A stretch of DNA of 64,000 bases from contig JAZDHG010000031.1 in assembly GCA_043806135.1 (NCBI GenBank), positions 1,110 through 65,109 on the forward strand, read 5' to 3'. The notes under the pieces are model-generated. The model ran no database searches. It had not been told where the DNA came from and saw nothing but the letters and a program-made list of their open reading frames with translations. Of this stretch, positions 39,476 through 49,376 are shown piece after piece. Made by a program: the position numbers and the translations under genes. Source of the DNA: Candidatus Omnitrophota bacterium (lineage in GTDB: Bacteria > Omnitrophota > Gorgyraeia > B26-G9). Each line of letters begins with the position of its first letter. Within the stretch, counting starts at the first letter, position 1.

Positions 39476-41410
39476 ATGGTCAAAAATCATATGGAAAAGA
39501 CAGTAAAAAAAATAAACTATACCTATATTGTCTGGGCCTTAATATCTTTTTTTATATTAATTTTAAGTTTCATTAGTTTCCGCCGCTATTATTGTTTTGA
39601 TTATATCGATATGGATCTGGCGGCTTATAACCAGATCATTTGGAATATTGTCCACGGATCATGTTACAGTTCTATGCTTGGGGTGAATTTCCTGGGCCAT
39701 CATGCGCATTTTATCCTTTTTCTATTTGCACCGCTTTATTTTTTCTTTCAAACCCCGCTTTTTTTGCTTTTTATGCAGATTGTATTTCTCGCTATATGCG
39801 CATATCCGATCTTTATGATCGCCTCAAAAGAGCTTGATCAGGGATTGGCCCTATCTCTTGTAATTGCGTATCTGCTTTATCCGGCGATGGGCTATACAGC
39901 TCTTTATGAATTCCATGTGCCGGTTTTTGCAACTGCTTTTTTAACCTTTATGCTTTATTATTTCATAAAGCAGGATTTCAGGTTATTTGCTTTGTTTCTG
40001 AGCCTTAGTCTGCTTACTCAAGAGAATATTCCGCTGGTGATCATTCCTTTCGGCATATTCGCTTTTTTAAAGAAGAGGAGTATGAAATGGTGGCTTTTGC
40101 CTGCACTTGGAGGAAGCATCTGGTTTATAGCGGTTGTCGGTCAGGTAATGCCTTATTTTAATAAGAATACCGTTCAGTTCGTGACTATTTATGGTCATAT
40201 GGGGAATTCTTTACCTGAGATAATAGGTTTTATCATCAGCCGGCCTTTGACGGTGATTAAAATGATGCTGAGCGCTCAGAAAGTAAAATTCCTTTTCCAG
40301 CTGTTTGCACCGCTTTGTTTTTTTCCTTTGTTAGATACCCATATATTGATCAGCGGATTACTCTTTGTCCAGCATTTACTTTCCTCAAGGGCGCCGGAAT
40401 ATATGATTGAGTACCATTATGACGCGGAAATACTGCCGTTTATTTTTGTTTCTACTGTTTACGGCATTAAGAGATTTATGAATTGGCCGCTAATAAAACG
40501 CTATCTTCGTCCTTCTGTCATTTGCGCGCTGATACTTGCTGTGAGCATTACCTGTGCTGTCAGTTTTGGGCCTTTCATTGAAATCGCTGTTAATAAATAT
40601 AAGACAACAAAGGATGTTTGGGATCTGCAAAAAGAGCGTTTTCTTTCCATGATCCCAGATGATGCGAGCATCGTGGCAACATTTGAGTTTTTGCCCATGT
40701 TATCACAAAGAAAACAACTTTATTCCTTTCATCATGTGGTTCACGGATTTTATACGCTTTCCCGGGTGCCTTACCGCCTGCCGCAGGGTGTTGAGTATGC
40801 ATTGCTTGATGTTAATGATCCTATTGGTGTTAATGTTTTTTACAAAAGAGGAAGATCTGAATCCAATATCGCTGATTTTTTAAATTTAAATAATTGGGGC
40901 ATAGTAGAAATGCTGGATAATATTGTATTATTAAAAAATGAATATAAGAGCGATAAGAAATTCTTCCGGATACTGAAAGAGCCGCCGGTTATTGCGCAGG
41001 GATTAAATGCGCTTATAGGGACCGATATATCCTTTCTCGGATATGATATCGATAAAGAAATACAGATCAAAGGCGGCAGGAGCATTGGCGTAAAATTCTT
41101 CTGGAAAACATTAAAAAAAATAGAAACTGATTACAGAATGATCATAGAGATAAATGATGCAAAAGACAAGCTGCGTTATCAGACAATAAGGCCGTTGTGT
41201 TATCGCATATTGCCTTCTTATATGTGGGCGCAAAACGTAGTTATAGAGGAAAATTACAGGTTGTTTATACCTGAGGATTTAGAAAAAGAAAAATTCACGG
41301 TCAGTATGAAAATAATTGACGCAGGCACAGAGGATGTTGTTCCGATATTATTGAAAAATAATAGAGGACAGCCGATCAGCCTGGAAACACTGGTGATTTT
41401 AAAGAAATAA
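39476..41410 (+). CDS. DUF2079-like multi-pass membrane protein (putative GT-C glycosyltransferase)
   Basis: DLAAYNQIIW, LGHH, YEFH, QE, YHY motifs; many TM helices plus a C-terminal soluble domain. Confidence 0.75.
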   Translation: MVKNHMEKTVKKINYTYIVWALISFFILILSFISFRRYYCFDYIDMDLAAYNQIIWNIVHGSCYSSMLGVNFLGHHAHFILFLFAPLYFFFQTPLFLLFMQIVFLAICAYPIFMIASKELDQGLALSLVIAYLLYPAMGYTALYEFHVPVFATAFLTFMLYYFIKQDFRLFALFLSLSLLTQENIPLVIIPFGIFAFLKKRSMKWWLLPALGGSIWFIAVVGQVMPYFNKNTVQFVTIYGHMGNSLPEIIGFIISRPLTVIKMMLSAQKVKFLFQLFAPLCFFPLLDTHILISGLLFVQHLLSSRAPEYMIEYHYDAEILPFIFVSTVYGIKRFMNWPLIKRYLRPSVICALILAVSITCAVSFGPFIEIAVNKYKTTKDVWDLQKERFLSMIPDDASIVATFEFLPMLSQRKQLYSFHHVVHGFYTLSRVPYRLPQGVEYALLDVNDPIGVNVFYKRGRSESNIADFLNLNNWGIVEMLDNIVLLKNEYKSDKKFFRILKEPPVIAQGLNALIGTDISFLGYDIDKEIQIKGGRSIGVKFFWKTLKKIETDYRMIIEINDAKDKLRYQTIRPLCYRILPSYMWAQNVVIEENYRLFIPEDLEKEKFTVSMKIIDAGTEDVVPILLKNNRGQPISLETLVILKK

Positions 41411-41419
41411 AAGAGTAGA

Positions 41420-43108
41420 TTGCTTATGAGAGAAGTAAAATGTAATTTATGCGGTTCAAACCATAATGTTGTTGTTTACCGCTCTGCGCAGAAAACTGGA
41501 ACAGCGGCTCCTGAGGCCTATTTGATAACGGAGAAGGTATTGATCCCGCCTGAGAAAATACTTAAATGTGTGACTTGCGGTCTTGTGTTTGTTCCATCAG
41601 GCGAGAGCTCGCAGATAATAATCAGGCAGTATAGGGAAATGGTTGATGCGGGTTATATAGAAGAGGAGACGGGTAGAAGAAAAACAGCATGCCTGGTTTT
41701 AAAAAAGCTGCAAAGATATCAAAAAAAAGGCAAATTATTACTGGATGTCGGATGCAGTACGGGTTTTTTTCTCGATGAGGCAAAGAAAAAAGGGTGGCAG
41801 GTGCAGGGAGTGGAACTCTCGCAATGGGCGGCCAGTATTGCCCGGGAAAAATTTTCTATAGATGTCATAAATTCTACTTTAAAGCAGGCAAAATTGCCTG
41901 CTAATTCTTACGATCTGATCGTCTTACACGACACTATCGAGCATGTGCTTAATCCCAGGGAAATGCTTATAGAAATAAGAAGGATATTAAAACCGGACGG
42001 CGTAGTTTATATCAATACCCCGGATATCCAGAGTTTGGCAAGCCGGGTTTTGAAAGCCAGGTGGTGGGGTATTAACAGACATCATCTGTTTTATTTTTCC
42101 CGGAAAACATTGAACAGGCTGCTTGAAGCAGCCGGCTTTAAAAGTATCCGCTGGGGACTCTATGCCAGAAGTTTTACTTTAAAGTATTGGCTGGAAAGAG
42201 CAAAACCTTACAGCAGGAGCATATATAATATTTTGCAATTCCTTTGCCGGATCAGCGGTCTTGATAAAAAATTCCTTACGATAAATTTCAGGGACCAGAT
42301 AGAGGTATTTGCGGTTAAACGCCGTGCCCTTGAATACCTCAGCGAACTTGAAACAAAATCTGTCTGTACTTCCGAAAAAGATATGAAAACAATAGTTGTT
42401 CTGCCTGCATATAACGCTTCCAGAACACTTAAGGCAACATATGATGATATACCCAAGGATCTGGTGGATGAGATCATTCTCGTTGATGACGCCAGTGAGG
42501 ATAATACTGTTGAAATAGCCAGGGAATTGGGGATAACCGTCTTTGTTCATAAAACAAATAAAGGCTATGGGGCTAATCAGAAAACCTGTTATGAAAAAGC
42601 CCTGGAACACGGGGCTGATATAATAGTAATGGTGCATCCTGACTATCAATATGACCCTTGCGTGGTTGAGGATATGATCGCTCCGATCAGGAACGGCCGG
42701 GCTGATGCTGTTTTCGGCTCCCGTATGCTTAAAGGCGGTGCTCTGCTGGGCGGGATGCCGTTATGGAAACATAATGTAAATATACTGCTGAGTGCGCTTG
42801 CTAATGTTGTGCTCAGAACTTATCTTAGCGAATATCATTCCGGGTTTCGGGCTTACAGCGCGCAGTTCCTTAAAAGCATTAAATTTAAATGCAACTCGGA
42901 TGACTTTGTCTTTGATTTTGAGATCATTACCCAGGCGGTTGCAAACTATTGTAAAATAGAGGAGATTCCGATCCGTACCCGTTATTTTGATGAGGCATCA
43001 AGCATAAAACTTTTTCCTAGCATTTTTTACGGAATGGGGATTTTAAATACACTGCTTAAATTTATTCTGCATAGAAATTATTTGATAAGGTTCAAGCAGT
43101 TTGAATGA
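41420..43108 (+). CDS. Class I SAM methyltransferase fused to a GT2 glycosyltransferase
   Basis: CNLCG / CVTCG Zn motifs, LLDVGCSTG, IEH; then VVLPAYN, VDDASED, GYGANQK, HPDYQY, GFRAY. Confidence 0.88.
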   Translation: MLMREVKCNLCGSNHNVVVYRSAQKTGTAAPEAYLITEKVLIPPEKILKCVTCGLVFVPSGESSQIIIRQYREMVDAGYIEEETGRRKTACLVLKKLQRYQKKGKLLLDVGCSTGFFLDEAKKKGWQVQGVELSQWAASIAREKFSIDVINSTLKQAKLPANSYDLIVLHDTIEHVLNPREMLIEIRRILKPDGVVYINTPDIQSLASRVLKARWWGINRHHLFYFSRKTLNRLLEAAGFKSIRWGLYARSFTLKYWLERAKPYSRSIYNILQFLCRISGLDKKFLTINFRDQIEVFAVKRRALEYLSELETKSVCTSEKDMKTIVVLPAYNASRTLKATYDDIPKDLVDEIILVDDASEDNTVEIARELGITVFVHKTNKGYGANQKTCYEKALEHGADIIVMVHPDYQYDPCVVEDMIAPIRNGRADAVFGSRMLKGGALLGGMPLWKHNVNILLSALANVVLRTYLSEYHSGFRAYSAQFLKSIKFKCNSDDFVFDFEIITQAVANYCKIEEIPIRTRYFDEASSIKLFPSIFYGMGILNTLLKFILHRNYLIRFKQFE

Positions 43109-43206
43109 ATGTAGGGTTATTTGGTCCATGGACATAAAATTGCGTATTGACTATTATTTATAATTTGTGATATTATTTGTATAAAATCATAGCAAAGGAG
43201 GGTAAT

Positions 43207-43623
43207 ATGTTTTTAGAAGGATTGCTTAAAAGAAAAGGGATTTTAATGTTGATGCTTGCAATTGCAATGCTTTGCGGAATTTCTCCGGCAAATGTGATTG
43301 CTATGCCGGTTGATTCACAAATCGCTGTAAGCTCCAGTCAGCAGGCTATGCATATACAAAAGATCCAAAGCTTTCTGAATAAATCCCTGGTTCAGAACAG
43401 ACTGGCAAAACTGGGCTTAAGCAAAGAATCGGCAATGCAGTATGTATCAACTATGGATGAGGCTCAGCTGGCGAAATTATCAGAAAAGGTCGATAGTATT
43501 GACAAGGCTTCCGATAGCGGCATGGTTTTACTGCTGGTAATCTTGCTTATTGTACTGTTCGTGCTTTACTTTACCGATTATAAGGTCAAACTGGAACCTC
43601 GCCGTAATAAGAAGAGTAAATAG
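43207..43623 (+). CDS. PA2779-family protein
   Basis: Signal peptide, VQNRLAKLGLS...STMDEAQLAKL, C-terminal TM ending FTD; ATG after AAGGAGG. Confidence 0.7.
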   Translation: MFLEGLLKRKGILMLMLAIAMLCGISPANVIAMPVDSQIAVSSSQQAMHIQKIQSFLNKSLVQNRLAKLGLSKESAMQYVSTMDEAQLAKLSEKVDSIDKASDSGMVLLLVILLIVLFVLYFTDYKVKLEPRRNKKSK

Positions 43624-43736
43624 GTTCACGGAAAAATACAGTTTTATCGTCTTTAATCTGTGAAATCTTGGCTCTAATCTCTGGAATCAGGGTCTGATGA
43701 GTTTTTCAGCAGACCCTAAATAACGATAGATTTTAA

Positions 43737-44825
43737 TTGATTGTGATTATAAAAAAATATATAAGAAATTGCTCAATTTTAGCAATGATTGTCTTTTTAA
43801 ACGCTGGTTGTTTATCAACCAGCGTTTCTTTTCTCGAGCTCCAGATAAAGGAAAATCCTGCATCCGGTATTATTCTTGATGTGCCTTTTGTGGAACAAAA
43901 AAAAGAATTCTGCGGTCCGGCTGCGCTCTCCAGTGTATTTGCTTTTTGGAAAAGGCCTGTAACCCAGGATAAAATCGCCGAAGATATTTTTAAGCCGGAA
44001 CTCTGCGGGGTTTTAAATATTGATCTTGAAAAGTATGCAAGAGATTTCGGTTTTTGGGCCAAAGGCTATGAGACGGATTTTGAGGATCTAAAAAGTCAGC
44101 TGCTTAAAGGCATTCCGGTTATTGTAATGGAAAAGCTGCACCCGTTTATTTTAAACCGCAATCATTATACAGTGATTACCGGTTTTTCGGATAAACACAA
44201 GGCTATTATTGAACACACCGGTTCCCGGGAATCGGTGGTCAGGTCTTACCAAGGGTTTAAGCGCAACTGGTATGCCGGTGGCGCCTGGATGCTCAAAGTA
44301 ATGCCTTTTGATAAAGTAGGAGATATCTCAAGCAAGGAAGAAAATATTGAGCTGGGCACTGTGCTTGAAAAACATGGTTTTTTCGATGAGTCTTTGAAAA
44401 GATATAATGCCGCGTTAAAACTGGACACGGAAAGTAATATAGCGTTGTTCAATATAGGCAATATTCGTATGCGCCTTAAGGATTGGAAACAGGCAGAATT
44501 GGCTTACCAGCAATCTATCGCTCTCAATAAAACTTTTTCCGATGCTTATAATAATCTGGCCTATTTATATTTGCAAACAGGCAAATACAGCCTGGCACAT
44601 GAATATATAGATAAAGCCCTGAGCTTTAATTCAACCAGGAAGTTTTATTACCTGGATACTAAAGCACAGATATTTCTAGCCCAAAGAAAGGTTTCAGAGG
44701 CATTGTGTTTCATCAAACAGGCTAAGCTTAATCAGCAAAATGTTCCGGAACAGATTATTGTGGACTTTAATAAATTCTGGATCGAAAAGATTCCCGCAAC
44801 CCGGGACTTTTTGATCGGCGAATAA
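43737..44825 (+). CDS. C39-like cysteine peptidase with TPRs (PA2778 family), probable lipoprotein
   Basis: LNAGC lipobox, VPFVEQ..FCGPAAL, HYTVITG, TPRs (AYNNLAYLY, YLDT). Confidence 0.8.
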   Translation: MIVIIKKYIRNCSILAMIVFLNAGCLSTSVSFLELQIKENPASGIILDVPFVEQKKEFCGPAALSSVFAFWKRPVTQDKIAEDIFKPELCGVLNIDLEKYARDFGFWAKGYETDFEDLKSQLLKGIPVIVMEKLHPFILNRNHYTVITGFSDKHKAIIEHTGSRESVVRSYQGFKRNWYAGGAWMLKVMPFDKVGDISSKEENIELGTVLEKHGFFDESLKRYNAALKLDTESNIALFNIGNIRMRLKDWKQAELAYQQSIALNKTFSDAYNNLAYLYLQTGKYSLAHEYIDKALSFNSTRKFYYLDTKAQIFLAQRKVSEALCFIKQAKLNQQNVPEQIIVDFNKFWIEKIPATRDFLIGE

Positions 44826-44943
44826 TCGCTAACCGGCTTTAAAAACGGGCTATTCTTTTTTAGGGTGGAAGAATTTTTGTAAGATAGTAAGAATGAAGAG
44901 GCTAGATAGAAACAATAATGGACAACGAATCTGTGTAATCCTG

Positions 44944-44994
44944 TTTTAATCTGTGAAATCAGGTTCTTGCTGTTATTCTAAACAAGAAAGAACC
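44944..44994 (+). repeat. Copy of the 'aatcaggttctt...taaacaagaaagaacc' hairpin repeat
   Basis: Matches 54585-54635 and the reverse complement of 15908-15958. Confidence 0.8.
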
Positions 44995-45027
44995 AAAAAA
45001 CCCGCCCAAAACCGGATTATAAAAGGT

Positions 45028-45056
45028 TTGACGTAACCTGAATAATTTGATATTAT
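45028..45056 (+). promoter_or_regulatory. Sigma70 promoter of the pur cluster
   Basis: TTGACG-17 bp-TATTAT. Confidence 0.6.
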
Positions 45057-45090
45057 TAAGTATTCCTGAACTATATAGAGAGGTGGAACT

Positions 45091-46383
45091 ATGATTGAAC
45101 GCTATACCCGCCAAAAAATGGGTCAAATCTGGGAAGAACAGGCAAGATGGCAGAAAATGCTTGATGTTGAGATTGCGGTTTGTGAAGCCTGGGCACAATT
45201 AGGCAAGATACCTAAATTATCACTGGAGCGGATAAAAAAGCGCGCTAAGTTTGATCTTAAGCGTATAAAAGAAATTGAGAAAGAAACAAAACATGACATT
45301 ATTTCCTTTCTTACCAGTGTTGCGGAAAATGTAGGGGAGGATTCGCGCTTTATCCATATGGGTCTGACGTCTAATGATATTATTGACACAGGAGCAGCAT
45401 TACAGCTCAAAGACACCTCGGATATCCTTATCGAAGATATGAATTTGCTTCTGAAAGTATTGAAAAAAAAGGCAAAAAAATATAAATATACAGCGATTGC
45501 AGGGCGTTCTCATAATGTGCATGCCGAACCGACTACCTTTGGCCTGAAGATGGCACTCTGGTATGAAGAAACAAGGCGTAATCTTAAAAGACTTTATGAT
45601 GCAAAGGAAAGTGTTTGTGTGGGCAAGCTTTCAGGCGCTGTCGGCACATACTCCAATATTGACCCCAGAGTGGAGAAGGTCGTGCTTAAGAAATTAAAAC
45701 TAGGACTTGAACCGGTAGCCTCTCAGATCGTTCAGCGTGATCGCCATGCGCAATACTTAACGACGCTGGCAATTATCGGATCGAGTCTGGAAAAATTTAC
45801 TACAGAAATCAGAAATCTGCAGCATACAGAAATACTTGAGGTTGAAGAGTTTTTCTCCAAAGGGCAAAAAGGATCATCGGCAATGCCGCATAAACGCAAT
45901 CCCATAACTTGTGAACGCATATCGGGATTAGCCCGTGTCTTGCGCGGAAATTCCCTGGCGGCAATGGAGAATATATCACTTTGGCATGAGAGGGATATCT
46001 CGCATTCTTCTGTTGAGAGGATAATTCTGCCTGATTCCACGATCCTGCTTGATTATATGCTTAGTCTTTCTGTTGAGCTTATAGATAAGCTGATCGTGTA
46101 TCCTGAAAATATGTTAAATAATTTGAATAAAACAAAAGGACTCATATTTTCGCAGAGGGTTTTAATCGCTCTTGTGGAAAAAGGACTTACCCGGGAGCAG
46201 GCCTACGATATTGTTCAGAGGAATGCTCTGAAAGTCTGGAAGGAAAACGCTGATTTCAAGACATTGCTTTTTAATGACAGCAGTCTTGAGAATGTGCTCT
46301 CTTCAAAAGAAATCGAAAGATGTTTTGATCTGAAATATGTATTGAGAAATATTGAGGTTATTTTTAAGCGAGTAAATATCTAA
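45091..46383 (+). CDS. purB: Adenylosuccinate lyase
   Basis: MIERY, HMGLTS, GSSAMPHKRNP, WHERDISHS. Confidence 0.98.
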   Translation: MIERYTRQKMGQIWEEQARWQKMLDVEIAVCEAWAQLGKIPKLSLERIKKRAKFDLKRIKEIEKETKHDIISFLTSVAENVGEDSRFIHMGLTSNDIIDTGAALQLKDTSDILIEDMNLLLKVLKKKAKKYKYTAIAGRSHNVHAEPTTFGLKMALWYEETRRNLKRLYDAKESVCVGKLSGAVGTYSNIDPRVEKVVLKKLKLGLEPVASQIVQRDRHAQYLTTLAIIGSSLEKFTTEIRNLQHTEILEVEEFFSKGQKGSSAMPHKRNPITCERISGLARVLRGNSLAAMENISLWHERDISHSSVERIILPDSTILLDYMLSLSVELIDKLIVYPENMLNNLNKTKGLIFSQRVLIALVEKGLTREQAYDIVQRNALKVWKENADFKTLLFNDSSLENVLSSKEIERCFDLKYVLRNIEVIFKRVNI

Positions 46384-46413
46384 ATCCTGAAATTATGGTA
46401 ATAATTTAAAAAT

Positions 46414-49332
46414 ATGTTTTGGAGAATAGAAGTAAAAAATAAATCTTCCGTAAAAGATCCCGTCGGAGAAGCGATCAAACGTGATATTATCGATCTCGGC
46501 ATCAATAGCGTCCAAGACGTTAAAATGGTGCAGATTTATATCATCGAGGGAAAGTTTTCCAAAGGGCAAATCAAGAAAATCGCTGATGAGCTGCTGGCTG
46601 ACCTTATCATCCAGAGCAGCCGCTGCGGCCGGTTGGAAGATAAAAAATTTTCCAGTGTTTCTAAAAAAGATGAGTATGTTATTGAGATCGCCTATAATCC
46701 GGGAGTTATGGACCCCTGGCAGGAAAGTACCCGTAAAGGGATAATGGATTTAGGCATTAGGGATGTCGCAGATGTTACTACCGGCCGCCAGTACATAATT
46801 TCAGGTAAACTCAGTAAGTCACAAATCAGCCTGATCAGCGAAAAACTGCTGTATAACAAAATTATTCAGCATGTAGTACAGATCAGGAATTTAAAAAAAA
46901 CTCTAGAGGCACATAAAGATATAAATTATGAGTTTAAAAAAGTAGAAGTGGATTTGCTGGGCAGCTCGGATAAACAGCTTATGCAAATAAGCAAACAATG
47001 GTGTCTTTCCTTAACCTTAGAGGAAATGCTGGCCATTAAAAAATATTTTACTCACCTTTTACGAAATCCCACTGATTGCGAACTGGAAACTCTTGCGCAG
47101 ACCTGGTCAGAGCATTGTGTACATAAAACAATGCGTGGTGTTATTGATTATACCGATAATTCAAAGGAGGGAAAAGGTAAATCCCGAAAAATCAAAAATC
47201 TGCTTAAAACCACAATTATGAATGCCACTAAAAAACTGAATAAATCTTGGTGCGTATCGGTTTTTAAGGATAATGCCGGTATTATAAATTTTGATAAGGA
47301 TTATGATATTTGCTTTAAAGTTGAAACGCATAACCATCCTTCCGCGCTTGATCCTTACGGCGGAGCCGGTACCGGAATTGGCGGTGTGATCCGCGATGTT
47401 CTTGGGGTAGGCCTTGGCGCAAAACCGATATTAAATACCGATGTGTTTTGTTTCGGAATGCCTGATATGAAAACTGAAGCTGTTCCTCAGGGAGTACTGC
47501 ACCCGAAAAGAATAATGAAAGGGGTTGTGGCCGGGGTTAGGGACTATGGAAACAGGATGGGGATCCCGACATCGAACGGAGCGGTTATTTTTGATGAAAG
47601 ATATCTTGGCAATCCTCTTGTATATTGCGGCACAGTAGGTATTATGCCCAAGAGATTTGCTTTCAAAAAAACAAATCCGGGAGAATATATTGTTGCTTTT
47701 GGTGGAAGAACCGGCCGTGACGGTATTCACGGGGCGACATTCTCTTCTATAGAACTTACCCACGAATCTGAGGAGATATCAAGCGGAGCAGTTCAGATCG
47801 GCAATCCGATAACGGAAAAGAAAGTTCTGGATACTCTGCTGCAGGCGCGTGACGAAAAACTTTATACAGCTGTTACAGATTGCGGTGCAGGCGGGTTTTC
47901 CAGCGCGGTCGGGGAGATGGGGGCCCAAACAGGAGCGCGGGTTGATCTGGACAAGGCATTATTGAAGTACAAGGGTTTAAGCTATACGGAGATCTGGATA
48001 TCGGAAGCACAGGAGCGCATGGTTGTATCTGTTCCCCGGAAAAAACTGAAGCGCCTGCTTGAACTTTTTGAAAAAGAAAATGTGGAAGCGGCTGTGATCG
48101 GCGAATTTACAGACACGAAAAAACTGGAGATTTTCTCAAACGGAGTTTGTGTCTGCAACCTGGATATGAAATTCCTGCATGAAGGGGTGCCTGATTCTGC
48201 AAGAAAAGCTCTCTGGCAGCCTCCGGTTATTAAGGAAAGTAAACGGGAATGTATAAAAAATCTTAACAAGGAATTATTAAAAGTTCTGGGTGATTTGAAT
48301 ATATGCTCAAAAGAGTGGATTATCCGCCAGTATGACCATGAAGTGCAGGGAATGAGTGTTTTAAAACCATTGTCCGGAGCCGAAAACGACGGGCCTCAGG
48401 ATGCGGCAGTGATAAAACCTCTGGCTGATTCTAATAGAGGGATTGCAATTGCTTGCGGAATCAACTCCCGTTACTCTGATATTGATCCTTACTGGATGGC
48501 TGCTTCGTGCGTTGATGAGGCACTGCGGCAGATAATAAGTGTAGGAGGAGATCTAAAACAGATAGCGGTGCTGGATAATTTTAGCTGGGCAAATACCGCG
48601 AGACCCAAGGTGCTGGGTGAACTAGTGCGTGCATGTCTGGGTGCACAGGACGCTTCTTTGGCTTACGGGGTACCGTTCATCTCAGGTAAAGACAGCTTGA
48701 ATAATGAGTATAATATCGGGAAAAAAACAATTTCTATCCCATCTACACTTTTAATCTCTGCCATGGGGGTAATTGATGATGTGGAAAAAGTAGTATCAAG
48801 CGATTTAAAAGTTTCTGGCAATCTTATCTATTGTATCGGCACGACTGCAAATGAAATGGGCGGAAGCAGTTATTTTGCAATGAATAATTACACCAGCGGT
48901 AATGTGCCTAAGGTTGATTTTAAAAGAAACCGTATGACTTTCGAGCAGTTAAGTGAGTGCGTCAATAAAGGACTTATACGTTCATGCCATGATATATCCG
49001 ATGGAGGCTTAGGGGTAACACTGGCTGAAATGGCTTTCTCAGGGAATGTGGGTATGAATGTGTCTCTCTCAAAGGTTAAGCACAGGATCAGTAAAAATGA
49101 GCTGAGAGACGATATAATTTTATTTTCAGAATCAAACGGCCGTTTCGTCGTGGAGATCGAAAAAAATAAAAAGAAGGAATTTGAAGGGATGATGGAAGGA
49201 GTTCCTTTGTCCTGCATTGGACACACAATACAGGAAGAGAGGCTCACTGTGGCTGGTATTGATGATTCTATAGTAATAAACTGCGACTTGTCTTGCTTGA
49301 AGCAAGCATGGCAGAGTCCTTTGAAATGGTAA
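46414..49332 (+). CDS. purL: FGAM synthase PurL with N-terminal PurS-like domains
   Basis: DPVG and PGVMDP PurS-like repeats, TWSEHC, KVETHNHPS, DCGAGG, SGKDS, HDISDGG. Confidence 0.96.
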   Translation: MFWRIEVKNKSSVKDPVGEAIKRDIIDLGINSVQDVKMVQIYIIEGKFSKGQIKKIADELLADLIIQSSRCGRLEDKKFSSVSKKDEYVIEIAYNPGVMDPWQESTRKGIMDLGIRDVADVTTGRQYIISGKLSKSQISLISEKLLYNKIIQHVVQIRNLKKTLEAHKDINYEFKKVEVDLLGSSDKQLMQISKQWCLSLTLEEMLAIKKYFTHLLRNPTDCELETLAQTWSEHCVHKTMRGVIDYTDNSKEGKGKSRKIKNLLKTTIMNATKKLNKSWCVSVFKDNAGIINFDKDYDICFKVETHNHPSALDPYGGAGTGIGGVIRDVLGVGLGAKPILNTDVFCFGMPDMKTEAVPQGVLHPKRIMKGVVAGVRDYGNRMGIPTSNGAVIFDERYLGNPLVYCGTVGIMPKRFAFKKTNPGEYIVAFGGRTGRDGIHGATFSSIELTHESEEISSGAVQIGNPITEKKVLDTLLQARDEKLYTAVTDCGAGGFSSAVGEMGAQTGARVDLDKALLKYKGLSYTEIWISEAQERMVVSVPRKKLKRLLELFEKENVEAAVIGEFTDTKKLEIFSNGVCVCNLDMKFLHEGVPDSARKALWQPPVIKESKRECIKNLNKELLKVLGDLNICSKEWIIRQYDHEVQGMSVLKPLSGAENDGPQDAAVIKPLADSNRGIAIACGINSRYSDIDPYWMAASCVDEALRQIISVGGDLKQIAVLDNFSWANTARPKVLGELVRACLGAQDASLAYGVPFISGKDSLNNEYNIGKKTISIPSTLLISAMGVIDDVEKVVSSDLKVSGNLIYCIGTTANEMGGSSYFAMNNYTSGNVPKVDFKRNRMTFEQLSECVNKGLIRSCHDISDGGLGVTLAEMAFSGNVGMNVSLSKVKHRISKNELRDDIILFSESNGRFVVEIEKNKKKEFEGMMEGVPLSCIGHTIQEERLTVAGIDDSIVINCDLSCLKQAWQSPLKW

Positions 49333-49376
49333 AGTTTTATAGACTATAACCCTAAGAATACAAAATTTAAAAACAA

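Noticed and set aside
43692-43718. Second CTGATGAG hammerhead candidate
   Set aside because: No stem II or GAAA follows; the sequence forms a simple hairpin (agggtctg/cagaccct).
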